Numbered from the stretch's first letter, positions 9,861 through 19,812 are shown. The stretch: DNA of 64,000 bases from an uncultured bacterium (GCA_963825135.1 CAWGRW010000009.1:192001-256000); one strand, 5' to 3'. Notes: a model not told the origin generated them from the sequence alone. Numbers and translations: made by a program.

Positions 9861-9889
9861 ATAATAAAACCTTAGCGCGGATTCGTCAA
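9861..9889 (-). promoter_or_regulatory. sigma70-like promoter
   Basis: Minus strand TTGACG-17 bp-TATTAT upstream of 9825. Confidence 0.45.
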
Positions 9890-9905
9890 AGAGGGGGGGG
9901 AAGTT

Positions 9906-11543
9906 TCAGGCCCTGCGGCGGGACTCCGTCTCCTCGCGGAGGAGGTCGGTCAGGCGCGCTAAATCGTCGTCCGCGCAGTCTCCCATGAGCGCAATCTGTA
10001 TCCAGTTCCTTTCGAGGAGGTAACCGCTCCTCCAGTGGAGGTAATAGCCCGCTCGTTCGAGCTTCGCTCCCAGGACACGGGAGCTGAGCTTTTCGGGAAG
10101 CGGGATTGTGATAATCGCCGGGGACTCGCGCCCTTCTCCGGCAATGGGCGTCAATTCCGACTTTGCGAGCCATCCCCTGACGAGCCCGGACAGTCTCCGG
10201 ATGCGAGCGTACCTCTCCTCGGCGCGAAAATTTTCGAGGGAAGCCCCAAGCGCGCGGAGGAGGTTCGAAGAGAGCGTAAACGGGGTGCCGGGCGACTCCG
10301 CGTACAGGCCGAGGTCGAGATAACGGGGCAGCCTGTCCGGCCGGGGAGCGATCTCACGGTTATAGAAAACGAACGAGAGTCCGGGATAGGACCTTAGCCC
10401 CTTCCCGCTCACCCCCGTCGCGAGATAGACGCCGGAGAGGTCAAGAGGCACGGTGCCGAGGGAGCTTATGCAGTCAAGGCAGAGGTCAACGCCCCGTGCC
10501 GCGCATATCTCGCCGAGCATGCGAGCGTCGTTCAGCACCCCGGTAGAGGTCTCCGAATGCACCGCCCAGAGCCACGCCGTCCCCGGACCGCGCGAAAGCG
10601 CGTCCTCGATCTCCCGCCGCTCAAAGCATTCCCCCCACTCCTTCCCGAGCGTCTCGAAGGAGAGCCCCCACCTCCGGGCGTGGTCTATCAGGCGCTCCCC
10701 GAACTCCCCGTTAGAGAGAATGAGCCCCTTCCCTCCCGCGAGCGAGAGCTGACCCGAAAGGGCGTCGTTCGCGAGCGTCCCCGACCCCATCAGCAGAGCA
10801 GCGTGTTTCGCCCCCGTAATGTCCGAGAGGAGGCGCTTCACCCGGTCGAGCTCCCCCGCGAATTCCCTAGTGCGGTGCGATACGGGCGCCCCCGAGAAAG
10901 CCTCTTCCGCTTCCGCACAAACGTCCACGGGCCCCGGCAGCAGGTTCACGTGCTTTCCCCCGGCCGGAGCTCCGCTGTCCATCCTCGAAAGGAGCTTCGA
11001 GCGCCCCTTCATACCGTAATAGGAATCAGGCGTGAGGTACATGGGCTGGTACCTGGCCCCTTCCCCTCCCACCTCCGGGCCGAACGGCGCGAACCCGAGG
11101 TTCCTGTAGAGCTTCTCCTGCGTCACGTTGGCCGATATGATGGCGAGGTCGTATTTTTTCTCCTCGCAATAGGCGGCGAGGCTCGTGAAGAGTCCGAGCA
11201 GCACCTTCCGGTAGCGGCGCTCCCTCTTCACGCTGAGGAGCCTCAACTCGCATAGCGAGCGCGCCCGGGGGAGGTATGAATCGAGACCCGGGACCTTCCG
11301 GTCGAGAGAGAACGGCCGCCTGTCCCTGACTGCGAGCATCCCGACCAGATCCCCGCCGTCGAGGCAGATTATATATGTGTTCTCCTCGTGGAATTTATCG
11401 ACGAGCCTCCTCTCCTCGTTCCCTCTGTGCTGGGGAATCTCCTCTACGAAGGTCTCGTAGTTGAGCCTGTGTATCTGCTCGAACTCACGGTCGAGGGAGG
11501 CGATCTTGTAGAGAAGGCCGCCGTTCATGGTGTTCAGGTTCAT
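9906..11543 (-). CDS. GNAT-fold acyltransferase fused to class V PLP-dependent aminotransferase
   Basis: N-terminal GNAT-like domain (ELRLLSV...LYRNLGF); C-terminal LLPGPV, GSGT, NGEFGER, HSETSTG, DCISS, SGKGL. Confidence 0.85.
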   Translation of the reverse strand: MNLNTMNGGLLYKIASLDREFEQIHRLNYETFVEEIPQHRGNEERRLVDKFHEENTYIICLDGGDLVGMLAVRDRRPFSLDRKVPGLDSYLPRARSLCELRLLSVKRERRYRKVLLGLFTSLAAYCEEKKYDLAIISANVTQEKLYRNLGFAPFGPEVGGEGARYQPMYLTPDSYYGMKGRSKLLSRMDSGAPAGGKHVNLLPGPVDVCAEAEEAFSGAPVSHRTREFAGELDRVKRLLSDITGAKHAALLMGSGTLANDALSGQLSLAGGKGLILSNGEFGERLIDHARRWGLSFETLGKEWGECFERREIEDALSRGPGTAWLWAVHSETSTGVLNDARMLGEICAARGVDLCLDCISSLGTVPLDLSGVYLATGVSGKGLRSYPGLSFVFYNREIAPRPDRLPRYLDLGLYAESPGTPFTLSSNLLRALGASLENFRAEERYARIRRLSGLVRGWLAKSELTPIAGEGRESPAIITIPLPEKLSSRVLGAKLERAGYYLHWRSGYLLERNWIQIALMGDCADDDLARLTDLLREETESRRRA

Positions 11544-11590
11544 AGCGATTGAGTGCCGACAGGAATAAAATTATAGCCGATACCGTGCGC

Positions 11591-12010
11591 TCATTCGAGG
11601 AACCTGCTCTTTATATCGGGTGACGGTATCATGCACTCGTCTTTTTTACCGTACCATTTGTACCTGTTCCGGGCTATGTAATCGTAAACGGCGTCCCTCA
11701 AGGGAGCGGGCACGACGATAAACGCGTAGAGGAGCGTGTGGAGGCCGCCCAGGAGCTTCTGCACCCTGAGCCCGGCCTCGGATTTGGTATAGAGCTTCCC
11801 GCCATCGATCAATACGAACGAATCGAGGCTGTCGGCGGGATAGTTAAATTTTCCCAGGATTCTTTTTGCGGCTTCCGACTGGAAGGGTGCGAACCTGAAC
11901 AGGCTGCGCGGGTCTCTTCTGATGATGAGGTTGACCGTACCGCAGCAGTAATTACATACGCCGTCGAAGATTATCAGAGGATGGTCTATATCTTTACCGT
12001 TCACCGGCAC
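11591..12010 (-). CDS. DCC family thiol-disulfide oxidoreductase (DUF393)
   Basis: FDGVCNYC, FAPFQS, RDAVYDYIARNRYKWYG. Confidence 0.9.
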   Translation of the reverse strand: MPVNGKDIDHPLIIFDGVCNYCCGTVNLIIRRDPRSLFRFAPFQSEAAKRILGKFNYPADSLDSFVLIDGGKLYTKSEAGLRVQKLLGGLHTLLYAFIVVPAPLRDAVYDYIARNRYKWYGKKDECMIPSPDIKSRFLE

Positions 12011-12047
12011 CTTCTTTCGAGAGCCATTAATCGTCCGGAGCCCGGAC

Positions 12048-12616
12048 TTACTGTTTTTTCTCTTCGGGCTTCTCGGCGTTCTTTTTCACGGGCAGCACTA
12101 TATACCAGCTCCTTATTATATTGAGTGATTGTGTTCACCATGACACCGACCTTGGCCTTCGTTTTGGTCTCCACTCCCTTGTCGTCTTTCTTTGATGATC
12201 TCCACCTCCGTCACGAGCACGAGAAGGTCGATCGGCGCAACGGGGAAATAGAGTCTTGTCCCCCCTGGAGAATGTCTGCGGGCTTTATCGTATTCCGCAC
12301 ACTTCTTCTATAGGCTGTACTACGAATTCTGTGTTCTTGGGAATCTTTAGGGTAAGGAGATTGTCGATTATGTTGTCCAAGGCTCCCTGGACTGCTCATT
12401 CTCCATAAAGGCGATGACTTCCGGGTGGATGAGGGATTTGATCCCGTCCTTGTTCTGAGTCTTTATGGATTCGAGCACTTTGTTTCCGAGGGCCTCGGGC
12501 GAGCTCGCCCCGCCCTCCGCCCATGCAGTAGTGACGGGCGACGTCAGCATGGCCGCCGCAATGATAATGAGCGCGGCCGCGAAAGAAATTCTGGTATTCA
12601 AATTCTGCCTCCGCAA
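12048..12616 (-). pseudogene. Secreted hypothetical protein broken by several frameshifts (probably assembly errors)
   Basis: Signal peptide ending AWA; protein-like reading continues in shifting frames (LDNIIDNLLTLKIPKNTEFVVQPIEE...GDKTLYFPVAPIDLLVLVTEVE...WYIVLPVKKNAEKPEEKKQ*). Confidence 0.6.
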
Positions 12617-12663
12617 AAAATTATTTTTCGTATTAACAGAGTACCGTCATGAAAGAGGCTTCG

Positions 12664-13404
12664 TCACTGCCTCAACTTCGTGAGGAGCCTCAGGAATTCG
12701 ATGTAAAGCCATATGAGAGTCACCATGAGCCCGAACGCGCCGTACCATTCCATGTACCCGGGCGCTCCCTGCTTCGCTCCCTGCTCTATGAAATCGAAAT
12801 CGAGGACGAGGTTGAGCGCGGCTATAACCACGACGAAAAGGCTGAACAATATACCGAACGTGCCGCCCGAGTATATAAAAGGCACCTTGACGCCGAAAAA
12901 CCCGATGACCATCGACACCAGATAGACGACGAATATAGCGCCCGTCGCCGCGACGACTCCGAGCCTGAATTTCTCCGTTACCTTGATGAGTCCCGACCTG
13001 TAAGCGACAAGGAGAGAGAAGAGCGTGCCGAAAGTGAGCGCGACTGCCTGAAACACTATGCCCTTCAGCTGGGACTCCGCGTAGGCCGAGATGCCGCCTA
13101 TCACGAGCCCCTCCAGTATGGCGTACGCCGGGGCGGTGTACGGCGCCCATGTCTTCTTGAATATCGTAATCATGGCGAACACGAGCCCGCCGATAAGCCC
13201 GCCGTAGAGCCAGGGCGTTACCGACTGCATCCCTGACTTCGCGAACATGTCCCAGACCCATAGGGCCGGGACTACGACTAGGACGAGGAGCACTAGAGTC
13301 TTGTTTATAGTGCCGTTGATCGTCATCTGCCCGGTGCCCGTAATATCCGGAGCGAGCCTGCCGAACGTCTTTTCCGCGAACGCGGGATTGGAACTCTTAA
13401 GCAT
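12664..13404 (-). CDS. Bax inhibitor-1/YccA family membrane protein
   Basis: SSNPAF, MTINGTINKT, AALNLVLDFDFIEQG, EWYGAFGLMVTLIWLYIEFLRLL. Confidence 0.9.
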   Translation of the reverse strand: MLKSSNPAFAEKTFGRLAPDITGTGQMTINGTINKTLVLLVLVVVPALWVWDMFAKSGMQSVTPWLYGGLIGGLVFAMITIFKKTWAPYTAPAYAILEGLVIGGISAYAESQLKGIVFQAVALTFGTLFSLLVAYRSGLIKVTEKFRLGVVAATGAIFVVYLVSMVIGFFGVKVPFIYSGGTFGILFSLFVVVIAALNLVLDFDFIEQGAKQGAPGYMEWYGAFGLMVTLIWLYIEFLRLLTKLRQ

Positions 13405-13734
13405 TTATCTGTTTCCTCCGGTACCGGGTGAGAATATTAACCCGAGTCTGGAAATAGTATATCATCCGCGCGCCGAATTGGCACTCCGCTGACGCGCGCC
13501 GAACGGTTGAAATTCGAATTTATTTCATTGGCACGGGCCGTTTGCCGGAGGATTCAGGCGATTTATCTCTTTCTGTATACCGGGAATTTGAGACGAATTT
13601 TGTCATCCGCGACAATGTTTGCCAATCCAGGTCTCCGCAAACCGTCACCGGATGATTTATATTCAATCTCGGATGATAGTTACGTATAGCCGTAGTGACA
13701 CATTACTTGCACATTTCAAAAATGCGCTAATATT

Positions 13735-14415
13735 ATGCCGAATAAGACAAACGGAGCCGGAGATGGATCGATGAGCGGAGCGAGTGTATTGATAGTAGAG
13801 GACAGCGAGGATTTCTCGGCGTTCTTAAGGGAGCTGCTAATAGCGTCTGGCTATAACGTCCTCCCGGTGCTGTCGTCGGGAGAGGACGCTCTCAGGACGG
13901 CCGGTCTGTCGAGACCCGATATAGTCCTCATTGACGTCGGCATAGGCGGTTCACTCGACGGCATAGAATCGGGCGGGAGAATAATGGAGAATTTCGGCAT
14001 ACCCGTGATTTTCCTTTCGGGATATACGGACGAGGTCGCTCTCGAAAGGGCCAAGACCAAAAAGCCCTCCGGTTATCTGGTCAAGCCCTTCAACAAGGCG
14101 GAGCTCAGGGCGGCGATAGAGATCGCGCTCTACAGACACCGGGCCGAAGCGGGCGAGCCGGACGCTTCTCCGAAGCCCTCCGGGCCGAACGGAGCCGCTG
14201 CCGATTGCGCTCCGGATGCAAAAGAGCTGAAAGAACTGAAGGCCGAGGTCTTGAGGCTCAGGACGGAGAACTCCGGGTACAGAAAGATAATAGATTCGCT
14301 TAACAGGAGCCTCAACCGGACGCAGGGGAACGAGGAGATTATCTTTCTCATCAACGAAGGGTCCGCCCCCCCTGAAAATAAATCCGCCCCCGCAATCGAA
14401 TTCGAGAACGAGTAA
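13735..14415 (+). CDS. Orphan response regulator (receiver domain plus C-terminal coiled coil)
   Basis: LIVED, PDIVLID, PVIFLSG, GYLVKPF. Confidence 0.85.
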   Translation: MPNKTNGAGDGSMSGASVLIVEDSEDFSAFLRELLIASGYNVLPVLSSGEDALRTAGLSRPDIVLIDVGIGGSLDGIESGGRIMENFGIPVIFLSGYTDEVALERAKTKKPSGYLVKPFNKAELRAAIEIALYRHRAEAGEPDASPKPSGPNGAAADCAPDAKELKELKAEVLRLRTENSGYRKIIDSLNRSLNRTQGNEEIIFLINEGSAPPENKSAPAIEFENE

Positions 14416-14473
14416 TCAAAGAGCGCCTTACGATACCGGTCAGGGGATCGTCCGGGTGAGTGCCGGGCCGCAG

Positions 14474-15394
14474 CTAGAGAGCGCCGTCGTAAAGCCTGCC
14501 CTGATATGTAGCCCTCTTTTCGAGCTCCGCTTCTATGCCGCCTATCACCTCGATATGCGACCTGTCCCATCCGGGGGCGATGAGCAGGCTCCTGGGCGTG
14601 TCCGTGAAAAAACGCTCGACGATTATATCAGGCGATAGTCTTTCCAGAAAACTCACGATGAAATCGAGATACTCCTCGTAGCCGAAGAGCTCAAACGGCC
14701 TCTCCCCGTACATCCTGGCAAGCGGCGTGTTCTTTACTATGTGCAGGTTATGGATCTTGAGGCAGTCTACGCCGAGCGCCGACACCTCGCCCGCCATGGC
14801 GAGCATCTCTTCCCGGGTCTCCGTAGGCATGCCGAGTATGATGTGCGCGCCCAGCTCGAACCCCCTCCCCCTCGACATCTCGAAGGCGCGCAGAACCGAG
14901 CCATAATCGTGACCCCTGTTCATGAATTCGAGCGACTTGTCGTAAACGGACTCTATGCCGTATTCGAGAGAGACGTAGCACTCTTTCGCGAGCCTCTCGA
15001 AGATGCCTATCTTCTCCTCGTCGATACAGTCGGACCTCGTGCCCACGGCTATGCCGACGACGCCGTCATAAGAGAGCGCCTCCCTGTACATCTCTTCGAG
15101 CTTCCCGGCGTCGTCGTATGTGTTCGTGTAGGCCTGGAAATAGACTATGAACTTCTCGGCCTTGAACCTCTTCCTGATATAGTCCATGCCGTCCTTCAGC
15201 TGATCGCGCATGGAATAACGGGCGCGGGCGTAGGGAGGGACGAAGCTGTCGTTGTTGCAGTAAACGCAGCCCCCCCGGGCGAGCGACCCGTCCCTGTTCG
15301 GGCAAGTGAACCCCATATCGACCGAGACCTTGTTGACCCGGCACCCGAACCTTTCCTTCAGGTGATCGTGGTACGAGTTATAGCGCCTTTTCAT
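14474..15394 (-). CDS. TIGR01212-family radical SAM protein (YhcC-like)
   Basis: GFTCPNRDG...GGCVYC, YFQAYTNTY, GTRSDC, MNRGH, LKIHNLHIVKNT. Confidence 0.92.
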   Translation of the reverse strand: MKRRYNSYHDHLKERFGCRVNKVSVDMGFTCPNRDGSLARGGCVYCNNDSFVPPYARARYSMRDQLKDGMDYIRKRFKAEKFIVYFQAYTNTYDDAGKLEEMYREALSYDGVVGIAVGTRSDCIDEEKIGIFERLAKECYVSLEYGIESVYDKSLEFMNRGHDYGSVLRAFEMSRGRGFELGAHIILGMPTETREEMLAMAGEVSALGVDCLKIHNLHIVKNTPLARMYGERPFELFGYEEYLDFIVSFLERLSPDIIVERFFTDTPRSLLIAPGWDRSHIEVIGGIEAELEKRATYQGRLYDGAL

Positions 15395-15597
15395 AATTTC
15401 CTCCGGATATTATACAGGGTGCGGGGGGTAAGAGAACGAATTAGTCGATACGTGCACCGAATGTAGCCCGGAAGGAGTACGAGGGGACACCGGTTAGGGG
15501 AATTGCAAGGGGAGCAGGCTCAACCAATATCCCGATAGCATATACCCTTTGGCAATTTGCTGGAAGGCAATACAAAAAGCTGATCGAGAAGAAAAAC

Positions 15598-16422
15598 CTA
15601 GACTTTGTTACTCAGAATGTATTCCCAATCTTCGATTAGATTCTTACCTCTCTGATCTAACAATTTTTCCTGATCGGGCATAATCTTCACAAAATCTCTA
15701 ACAGCATGGCAAATGTATGCAGTACATACGTCTAACAAAGTTTTAATGATTGCCAGAGATTCATCTTCACCCCCACGAAATAAAGATAATTGACTATATG
15801 CGTAAGGAGTGGCATGGGCGTAAGCCGATAGATATTTATATCGTGAATTGTAATAATCGGGATCAATCCCTGCCCTTTTCGACAACTCGGGGTTTTTATG
15901 AAGTATTCCCATTTCCCCTCTACGTATTTTCTTCTTAATCGATGATTCTAACGATTCGTAAAACCTATGGGTGATTACCGAGTCTTTTAGTATTTCCACG
16001 TCCTTTGTAAGCTGAGATACAACTGGGTTAGTTGATTTCATAATTCGGAGCATATCAAGTCTTTCCTTTTCTCCGTGATACTTCCACAAACGATGTCGAA
16101 ACTCCAATTCTTCATCACCAACATTATCAACACCTAGATAAAAAAACACATAGTAAGTTTCTATTAGTGTTCTAATAAGAACTGCAATTGAAGAGATGTC
16201 CCAAGTGGAGATTACATATCGCTCTTTGATCTCCAAATCCGGCAATAATTGCAATATAGCTTGAGCATGTAAACACAATTTTCCAAAAATATATGAGCAG
16301 TACTCCTGACGCCAGTTATTTGCCTCACGTTCATGAGCATCAACTGATATATTCCAAGCAATAGCTGTGATATATTCAAGATCATCTGCTGCCTCTAAAA
16401 ATTTCTTAGTATTTTCGGTCAT
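15598..16422 (-). CDS. Low-GC hypothetical protein, DUF5677-like
   Basis: Open 274-aa AT-rich ORF; LIRTLIE and YKYLSAYAH resemble the RxxxE / YxxLSxxxH pattern of DUF5677 proteins. Confidence 0.55.
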   Translation of the reverse strand: MTENTKKFLEAADDLEYITAIAWNISVDAHEREANNWRQEYCSYIFGKLCLHAQAILQLLPDLEIKERYVISTWDISSIAVLIRTLIETYYVFFYLGVDNVGDEELEFRHRLWKYHGEKERLDMLRIMKSTNPVVSQLTKDVEILKDSVITHRFYESLESSIKKKIRRGEMGILHKNPELSKRAGIDPDYYNSRYKYLSAYAHATPYAYSQLSLFRGGEDESLAIIKTLLDVCTAYICHAVRDFVKIMPDQEKLLDQRGKNLIEDWEYILSNKV

Positions 16423-16570
16423 TGATTTAACTTATTCAAATCGCTACAAAATTTCAATTTCTTGCTCTTGTTTTGAACTATCTAATTACAGTACAAGAAG
16501 CTCCCAAATGTATGATGAGCTAACACCGATCATATTTAAACATACTTTCGTATGATATATTACGTATGCG

Positions 16571-16586
16571 TATAATGTATACATTA
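16571..16586. promoter_or_regulatory. TATAAT box overlapping perfect palindrome TAATGTATACATTA
   Basis: TATAAT 16571-16576; 14-bp palindrome 16573-16586 between divergent low-GC genes. Confidence 0.4.
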
Positions 16587-16619
16587 CAGATTTAATATTA
16601 CATCGGGCGGGAATGTAAT

Positions 16620-17264
16620 ATGAGTACAGAGCTAGAAAAACTTCAAGAAATAAGGTTTCGAATTCTTGAATATCTTTATAAAAAGTCCGAAGCTGATACT
16701 TTTCACTACATAGATTGGAGAGCATTAGTAGGCGATTTAATTGCTAGTAACCTAGAATTTAAAGAGATAGAAATTCGAAGATCGTTTGATTATTTAGTGG
16801 GAGAATATTTAGCAGAGAGAAAAACCATGGGCTCAGTAGGGATAACCCACTATGGAATCAAAGAATATGAAGATGCAATTAAACACCCGGATCAGGAAAC
16901 AACTTATTTCCCACCTTTGAATATACTTTATGTGCAACACATGGAACATTCACAAATACAGCAAGGAAATATTCAAAGTTCCATGTCTCAAAGTATAGTC
17001 ATAGAAAATAAAAATGAAATCGAACAGTTCATCAAATTATTAAAAGAACGCCAAGAAGAGCTAGGATTAGAGAGAAGAACTGAAACCGACCTTAATGCAG
17101 ATATTTCCACAATTGAAGCCCAACTCAAATCAAGCCGACCTAAGACTAATATCTTAAAAGAATCTATATCATCCATTAAGAGTATTTTAGAAGGTACAGC
17201 AGGATCTATTATAGCTGTTGAGCTATTAAAATATATACCGCCAATTTTGGAAAAATTAGGATAG
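16620..17264 (+). CDS. Low-GC hypothetical protein (winged-helix-like N terminus, QIQQG linker, helical C terminus)
   Basis: 214-aa AT-rich ORF; RFRILEYLY...YLVGEYL...ITHYGI pattern resembles a winged helix. Confidence 0.6.
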   Translation: MSTELEKLQEIRFRILEYLYKKSEADTFHYIDWRALVGDLIASNLEFKEIEIRRSFDYLVGEYLAERKTMGSVGITHYGIKEYEDAIKHPDQETTYFPPLNILYVQHMEHSQIQQGNIQSSMSQSIVIENKNEIEQFIKLLKERQEELGLERRTETDLNADISTIEAQLKSSRPKTNILKESISSIKSILEGTAGSIIAVELLKYIPPILEKLG

Positions 17265-17271
17265 CCCAATC

Positions 17272-17391
17272 TTTCCGCCATTCCGCCATGTCCGCAGGGG
17301 TATATAGGTGGCGGAGTGGCGGAAACTGACAGGAATATTATTGAGGTACACCCTCACCCTTCACCCTCTCCCCTCCAATAGAGGGAGAGGG
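17272..17391. repeat. Composite repeat: TCCGCCA double-repeat palindrome with TATATA core plus CCCTCACCC..GGGAGAGGG hairpin (copy 1)
   Basis: TTTCCGCCATTCCGCCA 17272-17288 vs TGGCGGAGTGGCGGAAA 17309-17325 (1 mismatch); related copy at 18046-18156. Confidence 0.85.
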
Positions 17392-17398
17392 AATTAAC

Positions 17399-17425
17399 AA
17401 AAAAAGGGAGCCGAAGCTCCCTTTT
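17399..17425 (-). terminator. Intrinsic terminator downstream of IPTL-CTERM gene
   Basis: AAAAGGGAGC-CGAA-GCTCCCTTTT stem-loop with A-tract (U-tract on the minus strand). Confidence 0.75.
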
Positions 17426-17455
17426 CTCTGCACTGCGTTATTTTTCTAAACTCAG

Positions 17456-17926
17456 TTACGCCGCCGCTTTCTTCCTGCGCGCGGTTACGAGCAACCCGAT
17501 TATCCCCAACCCGACAGCCGTCGCTATCATGCCCCATTCGCTTATTGTAGGTATGGGATTGATTACTTTAAGGTCGCATCTTCGGATCAAGCCGGTTCTG
17601 CATACCTCGGCTTCCTGCGCGGTAATGTTCATCCCTTCAGATTGACCCATAAAAGATATCCCACAGCCAATGCTACTTGGAACATTTTGTACTGAATAAG
17701 CCGCATCAACTTCTGAAATAATTCGAGCTACACCTGAAGTTAAATCGAATCTGACGCCTTCGCCGAGTTCCCCGCCGGGACAGAGAAGCTCAATAATATC
17801 ATTTCCACTAGTCCCGTTCGGCAATTCATGAGTATCACAAGGACAAGAAGGTATTTGCGCATAGGCATACGGAGTTAAAAACAGGAAAGCTAATAATATT
17901 AGCGGTTTAATACCCTTCATTATCAC
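17456..17926 (-). CDS. Secreted Cys-rich protein with IPTL-CTERM-like sorting tail
   Basis: Signal peptide (AYA); C-terminal IPTISEWGMI + TM helix + RRKK. Confidence 0.85.
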   Translation of the reverse strand: MIMKGIKPLILLAFLFLTPYAYAQIPSCPCDTHELPNGTSGNDIIELLCPGGELGEGVRFDLTSGVARIISEVDAAYSVQNVPSSIGCGISFMGQSEGMNITAQEAEVCRTGLIRRCDLKVINPIPTISEWGMIATAVGLGIIGLLVTARRKKAAA

Positions 17927-18045
17927 TCCTCCTTTAATTGGATGGGCATACGAGCATATAAGTTAGGCAGATTATAACCACGAGTAGTTTGTTATGCAAA
18001 CGAGCCAATCTGCAAGGTCATTCAAGGTTATCGAGGCTTTTCTAA

Positions 18046-18156
18046 TCCGCCACTTCGCTACCCCTATACCGCGACGAAGGCGGCGGAGTGGCGGAAACTG
18101 AGGGGAATATTAATGTACCCCCTCACCCTTTCCCTCTCCCACGCTGGGGAGAGGGG
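18046..18156. repeat. Composite repeat (copy 2)
   Basis: TCCGCCACTTCGCTA-CCCCTATACC..GGCGGAGTGGCGGAAACTGA..GGAATATTA..CCCTCACCCT..CCCTCTCCC..GGGGAGAGGG, collinear with 17272-17391. Confidence 0.8.
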
Positions 18157-18171
18157 ATTATGTGTGCTCGC

Positions 18172-18862
18172 TCACACCATCCCCGCGGAGGGGCAAAGGT
18201 GGCTTACAGCGCATTCCCCGCAGCGGGGCTTGCGCGCGAAGCACACGGTCCTGCCGTGGTCGCCGAGCGAGTTCGAGAAGAACGTCCATTTCTTTCTCGG
18301 GAATCAATTTTTGCAGGTCGAATTCTATTTTTACCGGGTCTGTATTTGAAGTGAGCCCGAGCCTTTTGGAGAGCCTCATGATATGCGTATCCACGATTAT
18401 CCCCGGTATGCCGAAATAATTCCCCAGCACGACGTTGGCCGTCTTCCTGCCCACGCCGGCCAGCTTCGTGAGCTTCTCCATCGAAGCCGGGACCTCCCCG
18501 CCGTACTCCCCGACGAGCGCCTTCGAGCACGCCAGTATCGATTTCGCCTTGGCCCTGAAAAACCCGCAGGAGTGTATCTCGTCCTCGAGCTCCGCCCTGT
18601 CTGCCCGGGCGAAATCGGACGCGGCCGGGTACTTCGCGAAGAGGCCCTTCGTCACCTCGTTCACCCTCTTGTCAGTACATTGTGCGGACAATATGCAGCC
18701 GATCAGCAGTTCCAGCGCGTTTCGGTACTCGAGGTGGCACCCGGCCTCCGGGTACTCCTCCGAAAGTACGCGCAGAATGGCGAGCGCCCTCTTTTTCTTC
18801 TCCGAGGGGTTTTCACCGCCCCTTCCGCCGCCTTTCTTCTTAATCCCTTTTTCAGTCTTCAT
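18172..18862 (-). CDS. nth: Endonuclease III, frameshifted near 18290
   Basis: LSAQCTDKRVN, HhH LAGVGRKTANVVL, VDTH; the Fe-S motif HGRTVCFARKPRCGECAVSHLCPS continues in another frame. Start approximate. Confidence 0.92.
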
Positions 18863-18946
18863 GAGCATAAAAAAAGGGGACATGCCGCGGGCACATCCCC
18901 TATCGCTTTTTTTTATTCTTGAAATCAGTTCCTGCCCGGGGAGAGC

Positions 18947-19213
18947 TCAGTCCTTCCGTGCAGGCTCGAGCCCTTCCTTGCCTACGAAGAAATCCGCATT
19001 CTTGGGAGTGTATTCACTCCACTTTTCCGGGAGCTCGTCTTCATGGAATATAGCATCCACCGGACAGGGGTCTACGCAGGCGCCGCAGTCGATGCACTCC
19101 TCGGGGTGTATGTAAAGCTGGTCTTCGCCCTCGTATATGCAGTCCACAGGGCATGCTTCCACACAGGCTTTATCCTTGACTCCTATGCAGGGCTCCGCGA
19201 TGATGTACGCCAT
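18947..19213 (-). CDS. Ferredoxin (FdxA-like dicluster)
   Basis: [22 protein letters not shown]...[29 protein letters not shown]. Confidence 0.93.
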   Translation of the reverse strand: MAYIIAEPCIGVKDKACVEACPVDCIYEGEDQLYIHPEECIDCGACVDPCPVDAIFHEDELPEKWSEYTPKNADFFVGKEGLEPARKD

Positions 19214-19338
19214 TCTGAATACCTCCGGGTATTTGTAATGTCTAATATACTTAATGTGCTTTTGGGCCGCAAGGCAGATGCCGGTCGTCAAAATTCCTGA
19301 TGCGAAATGCCGGGTGCATTAGAGCCTTCGGACCGTGC

Positions 19339-19812
19339 TTATTTTTTCTTCTGCCCGGTATCGTCCGCGCTGCCGGCCCCGTCTCCGGGCTTCTCGCCCT
19401 GAATCCCCGCGCCTTTTCCGTCCGCGGGCGCAGTCGACGCCCCGTTCCCCGCAGGGGATTCGGGAGCAGTAGCCTGGCCTGCGGGCGCGGTAACTCCCTC
19501 GGGCGCTTTCTCCACAGGCGCTTTCTGCTCGACCGCGTTCTCGGGCGAGTCGGTAACTACGGACTTGCTCACGTTACTCGCGGCGAAGTATCCGAGCGAC
19601 AGGGAAGTCAGCATGAAGAGTATGGCGAGCCCCCTCGTCACCTTCACGAGGAAAGGGACCGCTCCGCTCGAGCCGAAGATGGAGTCGCTCGTCCCGCCCC
19701 CGAAAATCGAGCCCAGGTCGCCGCTCTTTCCCGGCTGCAGCAATACCACGATGATGAGCAGTATGCTCACGATGATATGGAATATCTTTACGGAAAAAAT
19801 TATTAGTTCCAC
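19339..19812 (-). CDS. secG: Preprotein translocase subunit SecG with low-complexity tail
   Basis: VLLQPGKSGDLGSIFGGG, two TM helices, downstream of tpiA. Confidence 0.93.
   Translation of the reverse strand: MELIIFSVKIFHIIVSILLIIVVLLQPGKSGDLGSIFGGGTSDSIFGSSGAVPFLVKVTRGLAILFMLTSLSLGYFAASNVSKSVVTDSPENAVEQKAPVEKAPEGVTAPAGQATAPESPAGNGASTAPADGKGAGIQGEKPGDGAGSADDTGQKKK

Noticed and set aside
13527..13712. sigma54 -24/-12 sites upstream of the orphan response regulator
   Set aside because: One TGGCAC candidate has the wrong spacing and the other (TGACAC-N5-TTGCA) lacks the invariant GG.
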